Part shown: positions 54,424-62,881 of the stretch, one piece after another
How the letters are laid out: every line of letters starts with the position of its first letter
How positions within the stretch are numbered: position 1 is the stretch's first letter
Sequence record: NC_017972.1
Strand: one strand, 5' to 3'
DNA length: 64,000 nt
Notes under the pieces: generated by a model
Database searches by the model: none
What the model was told of the DNA's origin: nothing
The model's input: the letters and a program-made list of their open reading frames with translations, nothing else
Made by a program: the position numbers and the translations under genes

Positions 54424-56064
54424 TTAACCCTCTTGGAAATCGATGGACGAACCGAAGTTCCGAATGTCGGCGGTAAGCGAAACGCGTTTCGCAGGAATGG
54501 ACGGGTCGAGTACGAAATCGAGTTTCATATCGTTATTTGCAATCACGTCCGGGGTGTTGTTGGTCGTATCGCAAATGGTTGCCCAGCCAGTCAGGCCACG
54601 GTTACGCTTGATAACCCGCGCTTCTGTGTCCACCAGATTTTTGAGCTTTTTCCGCTCGAAATCATTGTTCGGGTTAAATACCGAAGGCAGGAACGATTTA
54701 CGAACCATTGCCTTGATACCGTTAACCAGACGGCGAACGTTAACGTTCTGGAAGTGCGACGGGAACGCCTGCAAAGTATTCTGTTCCATGATCACATAAC
54801 CACGGCCCGGAATCCGGCGAATGTAGTTAATCTGCGCTTGTTCCAATGCGTTGCGTTCTTGCAGGTTGTATTTCTTGGACAGGCCGGTAACTTTGACTTG
54901 ACCGCGATCCAAACCAGCTGGCGCCCAGTAGTATTTACGCACGCGGTCGGTGTACGCGTATGCAGCGGCAACCATGCCGGAAACTGGGCACATGAAACGA
55001 CGCCCAGTAACGTCATCTGTTACTTCGCCACGCGGACCGTACAGAGTGCCGTAGCTGCTGTTTACGTTGAGGATATTTCGACGGTAGTTTACAGCGCGAG
55101 AAACTTCCTCATATGCGTATGGCAAATCCATGATTGGAATTGCATCACCGCGTTTCTCTGCAATGCTCACCATATGGCGCTGAATTGCAGGGGTTTCGTA
55201 ACCGGCGCCGATCAGCAATTGCACGTCGTATTGGTCGGTATCTTCAATGCCGTCCCACGCTGCAATAATCTGACTTTCGCTTGGGCGATTACCGTCTTCG
55301 CCGCCGTCCAGACGTTCAAACGCGGTGGTACGGATTTCAACAGCCGGGCAAAGCTGGTTATTTTTGACCTTAATGTATTTCGAGAAGGTGTTAACCCGCT
55401 GCTCGACATACATTTGATTTTGTTCGCCGTCCAGCTCGTATTTACGCGAGCACAGGAACGATTCTACAGGGACGCTGGAATTACCGGAATAATTCAGGAA
55501 AACGTCAATGTAGAAATGAGTCGGGTCGTTAAACGCGCCGATTTCAGTTCCTTCCGGGTTTGCCGGGCGGACGCGGACGCTAATGGCTTTCGACCATTCG
55601 CCCGGAGAATTCGCGCAGATGAAAAGCAGGGCATTAGAGACGCCCGGAGTGCCGACAACAAAACCCAGCTCGGTCAGTGGATCGCCAAGCACGCCTTGCG
55701 GCTGGTTAGTACCGTTGTCGAAATTCACCAGTTTAATCACTGGTTCGGTTGCGCCAAGATCGTCAACGCTGAGGTAGGCGCCAGCGGTTCGGGCAGTCGC
55801 GGAATCAACCGCACGTTTTACCCAAAGAACAGTTTCCGCCAACGTGTGTTCGGCGCAGTGCATACCGAAAGCGTATTTGGAAATGTCTTTAATGCCGAAC
55901 TTCGTTTTCAGATCGCCGGTATCAGTAACGCGAACCCAATTGCGGGTATCGCCTTTCTGCGCCTCGATCACAATAGCGCCAACGGAGCTACTAACCTGCG
56001 AACCACGGATCGAACCGTCAAGATCGCGGTCATACACACCAGCGCTGGAGTCTAGAAAAGCCAT
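54424..56064 (-). CDS. tail sheath protein 2 (paralog)
   Basis: SPGEWSKAI, YYWAPAGLDRG, QNTLQ, NVRRL motifs. Confidence 0.9.
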   Translation of the reverse strand: MAFLDSSAGVYDRDLDGSIRGSQVSSSVGAIVIEAQKGDTRNWVRVTDTGDLKTKFGIKDISKYAFGMHCAEHTLAETVLWVKRAVDSATARTAGAYLSVDDLGATEPVIKLVNFDNGTNQPQGVLGDPLTELGFVVGTPGVSNALLFICANSPGEWSKAISVRVRPANPEGTEIGAFNDPTHFYIDVFLNYSGNSSVPVESFLCSRKYELDGEQNQMYVEQRVNTFSKYIKVKNNQLCPAVEIRTTAFERLDGGEDGNRPSESQIIAAWDGIEDTDQYDVQLLIGAGYETPAIQRHMVSIAEKRGDAIPIMDLPYAYEEVSRAVNYRRNILNVNSSYGTLYGPRGEVTDDVTGRRFMCPVSGMVAAAYAYTDRVRKYYWAPAGLDRGQVKVTGLSKKYNLQERNALEQAQINYIRRIPGRGYVIMEQNTLQAFPSHFQNVNVRRLVNGIKAMVRKSFLPSVFNPNNDFERKKLKNLVDTEARVIKRNRGLTGWATICDTTNNTPDVIANNDMKLDFVLDPSIPAKRVSLTADIRNFGSSIDFQEG

Positions 56065-56131
56065 GTAGAACCCCTTGTATGGTTGGAATACGGGAAAAGA
56101 AAAATGCGCTCAAATGAACGCAATTCCTGTA

Positions 56132-56142
56132 TTTAAATTACA
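56132..56142 (-). promoter_or_regulatory. candidate late promoter TGTAATTTAAA
   Basis: AT-rich intergenic region upstream of sheath 2; identical to 21299-21309. Confidence 0.55.
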
Positions 56143-56175
56143 TAAAGGGGATTTAATGACTTATTTCAGGCAATA

Positions 56176-56198
56176 AAAAAGGGCCACGAAGGCCCTTT
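56176..56198 (-). terminator. intrinsic terminator
   Basis: aaagggcc/ggcccttt stem plus T-run. Confidence 0.75.
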
Positions 56199-56955
56199 AA
56201 GCGAAGTAATCCTCGTCATCCATTTCGGATTCCGGTATTGGTTTCTTTTGCAGCTTTTCCGCGTACAGGTACTGCTTGAAAAGTTCCACGGCATTATCGA
56301 AGTTGCCTTCCGCCCATTCGATAATGGCAGGCATGAAAGGCTTTTGCATGATGAATGCAATGTGCTTATCGATTTGCTTTTTACGCACAATGACGTATTT
56401 GGCAACCGCCGGGTAAATGCGCTGCGGTTCGTTTCGGATCAGGCAGGTCTGCACATAGCAGAATGCCAATGCGTCGATGTTATCGTCTTCATAGAACTTT
56501 TTGGCCTCTAAGAAAACATCCATCAAACGGCGCTTATCGTCGGCGCTGAAACGCATGATTTTATCAGGATGCGAGAGCTGCTTAATGGATTTAAACAGCA
56601 TCAGTATTGTCGGCATTTCATCAGGCGGTGGCGTTTCCTTCGACGGGGGAATAACCGAACCATCGAAATGGTGCTCTTCCTCTTCCTCTTCATCCATGTT
56701 CAAATCGACAAAGAAACCCGACTCTACTACCTGCGTTTGAATGGCCAGCTCTTTGGAATCGGACAGCTCATTGTTTTCTTCCTCTTCGTCTTCGTCGTCT
56801 TCCTCTTCATCGTTCGATTTATCGCCGAATCCACCCATTGCAAAAGCGCATTTAGCGGCCAGCCAGCTATAGCCCATTTCAACCTTTTCAATCAAAGCTT
56901 TTCGCTTTTGATCTTCGATTAGAATGTCGTTTAGAGTGTCTTCGGTAATAATCAT
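56197..56955 (-). CDS. J-domain (HPD) containing protein
   Basis: FKSIKQLSHPDK...LMDVFLEAKKFY fits J-domain helices II-III. Confidence 0.55.
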   Translation of the reverse strand: MIITEDTLNDILIEDQKRKALIEKVEMGYSWLAAKCAFAMGGFGDKSNDEEEDDEDEEEENNELSDSKELAIQTQVVESGFFVDLNMDEEEEEEHHFDGSVIPPSKETPPPDEMPTILMLFKSIKQLSHPDKIMRFSADDKRRLMDVFLEAKKFYEDDNIDALAFCYVQTCLIRNEPQRIYPAVAKYVIVRKKQIDKHIAFIMQKPFMPAIIEWAEGNFDNAVELFKQYLYAEKLQKKPIPESEMDDEDYFA

Positions 56956-57698
56956 AGAATGTCCATCAGATCAGCTTTGTCGGAACGGGCGCTGTTCAGC
57001 ATGATTGCGAATTGCAGCGGCATTCTCATTTTTTCTGCGAAGAAAGTAATGGGGTCACAGCCGTTAACCACTACGATTCGCGGGATGTTATCGTAAATCT
57101 CTAATAGATCGCGCACCTTTTCCAGCTTATGTTGGGGCGAATCCAGACCTACGTTGGTGATAATCAGCATGGAGATATTGCGTTTAACTTTGGCGTCTCG
57201 CAGTTCATCGGCAAAGCTGCCTAGAACGCGGTGCCATAGCGGCAACAGCTTGCCCTTATGTGAGCCAGAACGTTGCATATCGATTGCAACATCCATGATA
57301 TTCATCGCAAGGAATTTAGCGCGTTCATCCGTCACCATCGAACCAATACAGGTAATCGGGGAACCGTGCAACGGATTGGTCAGCATTCGCTGGCACGCAC
57401 TGATTTGACGAGGTACGTTTGTTTTCGGAATTACGTAATCTTCTGGCAACCATTTCGGCACCATTGGAGTAATCGAAACCAACGCATCATCCAGCAGGAA
57501 CGGCGAACGCATAACCTGCATCGCGGTGCCGTCCACGCCTTGGGATTTCAACAGCTTTTGTCGCGGCGTATCAAATCGGAATTTCAGAGGTGGAGCCGGT
57601 TGCCGCACAGACGTGACAGCGCCGCGCTTGGGCTTTTTAATACCCTCTACCCGCTCAACCTTTTTCCGTTCTTTCACGGGTACTGCATCGGTAGCCAT
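56952..57698 (-). CDS. hypothetical protein, possibly a degenerate DnaC/IstB-like ATPase fold
   Basis: 248 aa; topology-like motifs but no intact Walker A. Confidence 0.4.
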   Translation of the reverse strand: MATDAVPVKERKKVERVEGIKKPKRGAVTSVRQPAPPLKFRFDTPRQKLLKSQGVDGTAMQVMRSPFLLDDALVSITPMVPKWLPEDYVIPKTNVPRQISACQRMLTNPLHGSPITCIGSMVTDERAKFLAMNIMDVAIDMQRSGSHKGKLLPLWHRVLGSFADELRDAKVKRNISMLIITNVGLDSPQHKLEKVRDLLEIYDNIPRIVVVNGCDPITFFAEKMRMPLQFAIMLNSARSDKADLMDIL

Positions 57699-57716
57699 AG
57701 CACGTCTCTTTGGTAG

Positions 57717-57935
57717 TTACTTGTTATTTACAGTAAACGCAGTGCCGTAGGGCGTCACGTCCTTAGCGGCCTTGGCGCGCACCTTTTGGCAGGCCTCGAC
57801 AAGTTCTGCGCGTTGTTCCGGGTTGAAATCGCCACATTCGTGGCGCAGGAAATACTCAGCTGCATCACAATACTGGGCGAGTGGGAAACCATTCGGCGGC
57901 ACGCTCAAACCACGACTAAAATTCTGCGTAGTCAT
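57717..57935 (-). CDS. hypothetical protein
   Basis: 72 aa ORF. Confidence 0.6.
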   Translation of the reverse strand: MTTQNFSRGLSVPPNGFPLAQYCDAAEYFLRHECGDFNPEQRAELVEACQKVRAKAAKDVTPYGTAFTVNNK

Positions 57936-58270
57936 TCGTCGTCACCCATCATGGAAGCGATAAGGTCGCGGGCTTCCTGCGTGCTCACTTCGACTTGTGT
58001 TCCATCGGAGTAATACGCAACTGCAATTTCCCGGTCGCCTTGTGGAATGAATTCCACACGTTCCAGAAATGCCGACATGATAGGCCCTTTAACGATGATG
58101 CAGCGCCCATCGGTTGCCCATTTGTACTCTTCGCCTTCACGCAATTCGGGAACCGGCCACGTTCGGCTCCATCCGCCCAAATTGTCGTCTTTTTGGAAGC
58201 GCTCGATTCTGCGCTGTTCGACGCCAGTTTCGGTGTGAACTTCCATCGTCATTGCTTTGCTATTTTCCAT
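57932..58270 (-). CDS. hypothetical protein
   Basis: 112 aa ORF. Confidence 0.65.
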   Translation of the reverse strand: MENSKAMTMEVHTETGVEQRRIERFQKDDNLGGWSRTWPVPELREGEEYKWATDGRCIIVKGPIMSAFLERVEFIPQGDREIAVAYYSDGTQVEVSTQEARDLIASMMGDDE

Positions 58271-58279
58271 GATGTTTTC

Positions 58280-58528
58280 TCAGCAAAGAGGATCAGTCGG
58301 GTGTGCGACGTTGTAGGTTTCCAGCTGCAAACGCATACCCTTGTCAAAACCGGTTGGTTCGACGCCGCCTGTATCACACTCGGCCCACAAACGGTTCATT
58401 TCGTAGGTATTGCCGATGCCGTGTTTACCAACCTGCTCGCGCACATAATTGCGACCGTCTTCGATTTCTTCCTCGGGTGTACGCAAGCCGATTGCGCTGC
58501 GAATAACCGCCCAAAGCGAACTAAGCAT
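58280..58528 (-). CDS. hypothetical protein
   Basis: 82 aa ORF. Confidence 0.65.
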   Translation of the reverse strand: MLSSLWAVIRSAIGLRTPEEEIEDGRNYVREQVGKHGIGNTYEMNRLWAECDTGGVEPTGFDKGMRLQLETYNVAHPTDPLC

Positions 58529-58592
58529 AAACGCACCTATTGTTGTGTTGTCTACTTGTTATTTACAGTCTTCGCAGCGCGCTCGATTCAGC

Positions 58593-58808
58593 TCACTTCT
58601 TGGCCCGGCGATGCTTGGCGCTGCGGCGTTCGGCACGGTTCATCGGGCGGCGATCCATGACAGACGGATGCACCAGATTAGGATTGAGCTTTTGTGCCAG
58701 ACGCAAAGCTTCGTCGGGATCGTGCTTGCCCATTTCCAGAATCAGTTCCTGCAATTTCGCCGCTTGCTCTTCTGGCGTCATTTGCGCGATTTCGTCTTTA
58801 CTCAGCAT
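58593..58808 (-). CDS. small protein with NRAERR basic tail
   Basis: 71 aa, TGATG coupling. Confidence 0.65.
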   Translation of the reverse strand: MLSKDEIAQMTPEEQAAKLQELILEMGKHDPDEALRLAQKLNPNLVHPSVMDRRPMNRAERRSAKHRRAKK

Positions 58809-60484
58809 CAGTATCCCCTGTTGTATTTTCGCTGTTTGCTTTGCGCCTTTTTCTCAGCGCGTTGTTTTTGGATGCCCGCACCGATACGGCTAAACATGCC
58901 GCCGAACATGCCGCCCGGCTCCCGCGTAACTGTAGAAACTTCGATCTGCGCATCAGGCTCAAAATCCTCAGTAATTGCACGTTTAACATTTCGCGTCCAT
59001 TCCTGCATACGCTGTTCGGCAACCGGCGTCGGCTGGTGCTTAAACGCCAGCGCTTGCTGCCATGTGTTCGCGCAGTATTTCAGCGATGCCGCCGCGCCCG
59101 TATCCACAAAGAATCGAATAATCGGCTGGCGCTTATCCGGGTCCGGTGTGAGAATACGCGAACTTTCCTGTTTCCAGTTCGGTTCGTTGTTCATCGGCAT
59201 AATGTAATACAGGCACGACCACGGCTTAACGTTGATACCGCGTTGCAGCAGTTTGCGAATGCCGACCACTACGCGGATTTTCCGTTCGGACGCCTGCGCC
59301 TTCACCCAGTCACGATGGTTCTTGTTTTTCTTGCCGCCACCTCCAACAAACTCGGCAGCAACTTCGTAGCCTACAGCGCTATTCACGCGGCGCACAATTT
59401 CCGAAATGTGATTCTTGAAATGGCACGGAATCACAATGGAATGCCCGGCTTCAAGGTCTTTCAAAATCCACTGGATAATGAAGTCATTTCGTTTCTTGTT
59501 GCTCGCCAGCGATTTACCCAGTTTGACGAATCCGGGCTTGCCCTTAAACACGCCTTTGGATTTCACGCCGGTATCAACCGCGATCATCTTGGCGACCAGC
59601 TGCGCACGCATGATTTTGGATTTGACGCCACCGACCACCAAAGCAGTGATTTTGTCCTTTCCATCTTTGCGCGTTTCTGTACCAGTGCAACCAAAACGAT
59701 AACGCATTTTCAGGCTGTTCATGACGCTAGCGAATTCAGGCGCACCCGTTGCCTGTACTTCGTCCACAATCACGGTGCCGAAAGTTTTGTTGCAGGCTTT
59801 CAGCAACTTGCGGCCTTTCTTCGACAGGAAACTCTGATAGGTAATAATACCAATCTGAATATCCTCAAGGTCTTCGACTTTCTTGATAAATCCGTACAGC
59901 TTTTTGCCAGTCTTGTTTTGCAAGGCAGGCAGGTTGGTGGACTCTTCAATATCGCCGATGAACTGGTTAAGAAAGTCGTACTGGTCAGCCATCAGCAAAA
60001 CTTTGTGGCCCAGCTCAATCGCCAGTTTCAAAGCAGTCAGGGATTTACCCGAACGCGGAGGCAGAACGAACAGGCCGTATTTAGCCTCTTTCATTTTGCG
60101 CACTGTTTTCAACTGGTAGCTAAACCAATCGCGATCTTCCCCGAGGTCGATTTTCACCTTGTAATCGAAGGGCGCCCGCGTGCGCTTATCAACGATTTTG
60201 TAATCGCTGAAACGGATACGCATTTTCTCTTCGATGTTTTCCCGGTCGCCCAGTGGCAGGCCAATGTATTCGGTATTGCCGAACACTTGCGACTTGGCGA
60301 GCCGATAGGAACCGTTGAAGTTTTCGCAGCCCTTACAAGCGGCAACAGGGCGCTCAGGCCGCAAGTCGCAGGCCCGGCACCCTTGATCGGAAAAGAAGTC
60401 GTGAAAGTATTCTTTCTTGACGCGCTTTTCACTCAGGTCAACACGCGGAACATACAGCTTGTCTGTAACAATGATTTTTCCCAT
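58808..60484 (-). CDS. SF2 DNA helicase (UvsW-like)
   Basis: PPRSGKS (Walker A), VDEVQ, TGT, RGINV, Q...RILTP; N-terminal C..C..C..C. Confidence 0.88.
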   Translation of the reverse strand: MGKIIVTDKLYVPRVDLSEKRVKKEYFHDFFSDQGCRACDLRPERPVAACKGCENFNGSYRLAKSQVFGNTEYIGLPLGDRENIEEKMRIRFSDYKIVDKRTRAPFDYKVKIDLGEDRDWFSYQLKTVRKMKEAKYGLFVLPPRSGKSLTALKLAIELGHKVLLMADQYDFLNQFIGDIEESTNLPALQNKTGKKLYGFIKKVEDLEDIQIGIITYQSFLSKKGRKLLKACNKTFGTVIVDEVQATGAPEFASVMNSLKMRYRFGCTGTETRKDGKDKITALVVGGVKSKIMRAQLVAKMIAVDTGVKSKGVFKGKPGFVKLGKSLASNKKRNDFIIQWILKDLEAGHSIVIPCHFKNHISEIVRRVNSAVGYEVAAEFVGGGGKKNKNHRDWVKAQASERKIRVVVGIRKLLQRGINVKPWSCLYYIMPMNNEPNWKQESSRILTPDPDKRQPIIRFFVDTGAAASLKYCANTWQQALAFKHQPTPVAEQRMQEWTRNVKRAITEDFEPDAQIEVSTVTREPGGMFGGMFSRIGAGIQKQRAEKKAQSKQRKYNRGY

Positions 60485-60501
60485 AGCGTTTTTCTGGCGT
60501 C

Positions 60502-60909
60502 CTAGTTGGCGCCACTAGGGGAACTCCCGTGGCAACCGTCAGTGCATGGATGTGTTAAGCGTGCATATTCCAGATTTACAATAACCGGCCACTGCTCTTT
60601 TTGGACGTATTCGATCAGGTCCAAAATCATGGAGTCATTGCCCCACCGCACAGGATAAACCTCTAAGTTGTACGGCGAGTTTTCCGGCGCGGCGTAGTAA
60701 TACCGATTTACCAGACGTTTGGCGTCTTCGATACCGGTCACAACCGCAATGAAAATCCCGCCGCCAGTATTAGCCAGCTGGGCGCCCGCGACGATGGTTT
60801 CTAGCAGTGGCTCGCTGAACAAATCTCGCACGTTAAAGAACGATGCGTAGTTGCTGAAAACCGACCACGATTCCAGTTGCCCACGCAGCAGAATTAAACG
60901 GCTAGCCAT
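60502..60909 (-). CDS. hypothetical protein
   Basis: 135 aa ORF. Confidence 0.65.
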   Translation of the reverse strand: MASRLILLRGQLESWSVFSNYASFFNVRDLFSEPLLETIVAGAQLANTGGGIFIAVVTGIEDAKRLVNRYYYAAPENSPYNLEVYPVRWGNDSMILDLIEYVQKEQWPVIVNLEYARLTHPCTDGCHGSSPSGAN

Positions 60910-61481
60910 GCTTCATCCTCTTTCGGCAAAGCGTGAACCATAATCACCGGCAATTCGTTTGCACGCACGTAGTCTTGGGCCTCGCACACAAGCGGCATTT
61001 GCAGATTCAAATTGAAAAGCAGGTAGGCGTCCGGGTGAGCGGCCACCTGCGAATCAAACAGATTGGAAACTGCCGCAATATCTTTGGTTTCCAGAACATG
61101 CACGGCATCGAAGGAAGTGGCGCCAGTGCTGACAGTCACCGCGCCTTCCGATTCATCCGACAATACATACAAATTATACGGCTTGTAACCTTCCAACAAT
61201 TTGCGCTGAATTTGCGTCAATTCAAACACGACCATATTGCTATGCAGCAGGTCGGTCATGATGAGGTGCATGAAATCAAGGTTTGTTCCGTAGGCACCGA
61301 CATAAACCGGCTCGCCAGTTTCCTCGATTTGTTGCAGCACATGCGCATGGGCGTCATGCAGAACAGATGCGGTATCTTCCAGAATAACCACGGTTTCGCA
61401 ATCTGCCAGTTTGCTACCAACAAGGGAAGCCATAACCGCCGTTTGCTCAACGCCAAATTCTGCATAAACAAAAGCTTTCAT
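60894..61481 (-). CDS. hypothetical acidic protein with internal duplication
   Basis: 195 aa; two similar alpha/beta halves. Confidence 0.65.
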   Translation of the reverse strand: MKAFVYAEFGVEQTAVMASLVGSKLADCETVVILEDTASVLHDAHAHVLQQIEETGEPVYVGAYGTNLDFMHLIMTDLLHSNMVVFELTQIQRKLLEGYKPYNLYVLSDESEGAVTVSTGATSFDAVHVLETKDIAAVSNLFDSQVAAHPDAYLLFNLNLQMPLVCEAQDYVRANELPVIMVHALPKEDEAWLAV

Positions 61482-62014
61482 AGTAATACCTGTTCTGGTC
61501 GGGAAAGAACCTTGACCAGCTCAACCATGTTGCGGAACATGTAGTTGGCTTTATCAATGTCCTCAATGATGATTTTTGCAGCCTTTTCCAGCACTGCAAC
61601 GTCGCTCTGGAATTCGTAAAACTGTTTCATGGACGATTCCACGAATGCCTTACGTTCTGTTGCCGTCGCGATCACCTTGAAATTGCCTGCATATTCTGAC
61701 AGCAGATAATCGCGCACATTGGAAAGCGTGCGGGTCATGGCGTCGTTAATCTTGGCACAGTCGCCAAGGATTTCCGCACACCGGGATCGAACGGCTTGGT
61801 CTTGCAGCATTGCCTCTGCAAGTTTTTCAGGGAAAGAACGGGAACGTTTGCGACGTAACTCTCGCGTGATACGGGTGGCGTGGAGGCGCTGCAACTCAGA
61901 ATGCAACTCAGCAAAATCAAGATTGTATGCCGGGTTGCCTTGGAAGTTTTTCAGGAATTGCTTGAATCGCGAATCCCGTTTGATAACGCGGCGCAGCGCT
62001 CCAATATCCGACAT
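61478..62014 (-). CDS. coiled-coil protein, possibly UvsY-like recombination mediator
   Basis: 178 aa all-helical; near helicase and clamp. Confidence 0.4.
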   Translation of the reverse strand: MSDIGALRRVIKRDSRFKQFLKNFQGNPAYNLDFAELHSELQRLHATRITRELRRKRSRSFPEKLAEAMLQDQAVRSRCAEILGDCAKINDAMTRTLSNVRDYLLSEYAGNFKVIATATERKAFVESSMKQFYEFQSDVAVLEKAAKIIIEDIDKANYMFRNMVELVKVLSRPEQVLL

Positions 62015-62018
62015 TGAT

Positions 62019-62441
62019 TTACACCTCTTCCGCTTGTGGAATCGCCGAGCTGTAATGACCGGCCATCGCGATCAGGAAGGAAGCCACAGACAAAACAAAT
62101 TCGTGATGAATATGCGGCAGATTCAGCGGCTCCGGTTCACCCCACGGGAACATACGCCAGCTGCGGCGATACCAGATATTCACGTCTGCCAGTTTGTTGA
62201 TTTCTTGGCCCAGTGCTTCGGCTTCGGCTACGTCTTCTGCGCTAGGCTCGGCGTGGAAACGTACCCACTGGTCAAGGTCTTTCACACCCGCGATATAATA
62301 TTCGCGCTCTTCCGGCGTCAGCTCTTCCCATTTGCGCCACTTATAGCCGCATAGCGCTGCGTAAGAGGCGATCATGCAATAGGCCATAAAGGCGTTTTGC
62401 GGTTCATCGTAAACAACATAAGTGGTTTCGTATTGGCTCAT
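62019..62441 (-). CDS. hypothetical protein
   Basis: 140 aa ORF. Confidence 0.65.
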   Translation of the reverse strand: MSQYETTYVVYDEPQNAFMAYCMIASYAALCGYKWRKWEELTPEEREYYIAGVKDLDQWVRFHAEPSAEDVAEAEALGQEINKLADVNIWYRRSWRMFPWGEPEPLNLPHIHHEFVLSVASFLIAMAGHYSSAIPQAEEV

Positions 62442-62881
62442 GATTCCGTCACCAGATAAGGGGAATCGGCGTGGCCGCTAATGGCCAACACCGATCCAGT
62501 GCCTGTCTTGAATATTAACAGTTTTTGCTTGTACGACGTTACCGGCATCTGTTCAAAATCAAACGACTCGCGCTTATTGCACGATACGATCAGCTTATGC
62601 TCAGACAGATCGGCCTTTGACGCATCCGCGACAACGAACAAATGCCCGTAGATTGAACCACGGGCATTCACGAAGTTGTACATTTTGCAGAAGCGGTTTA
62701 ACTCATACGGATTTTCGTAGTCAATGTGCATTGGCGTGTTCACCAACGGACGAAAAAACAAACCGATATGGTAGCCGTCGTGTGCGCTTCCGAACTCTTC
62801 AAAAACATCCACTTGGCGAACCGTATGCGTGAACGTATCCGCCAAGCTAAAAATTGGACTTACATCCGGGCGCCTAATCAT
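62438..62881 (-). CDS. hypothetical protein
   Basis: 147 aa ORF. Confidence 0.65.
   Translation of the reverse strand: MIRRPDVSPIFSLADTFTHTVRQVDVFEEFGSAHDGYHIGLFFRPLVNTPMHIDYENPYELNRFCKMYNFVNARGSIYGHLFVVADASKADLSEHKLIVSCNKRESFDFEQMPVTSYKQKLLIFKTGTGSVLAISGHADSPYLVTES

Noticed and set aside
51431-56055. Long plus-strand ORFs (51431..53692, 53785..56055; also 3045..4499, 39398..40903, 58694..60505 and others)
   Set aside because: They exactly shadow well-supported minus-strand genes, have no RBS or recognisable motifs, and are expected from codon bias that suppresses antisense stops
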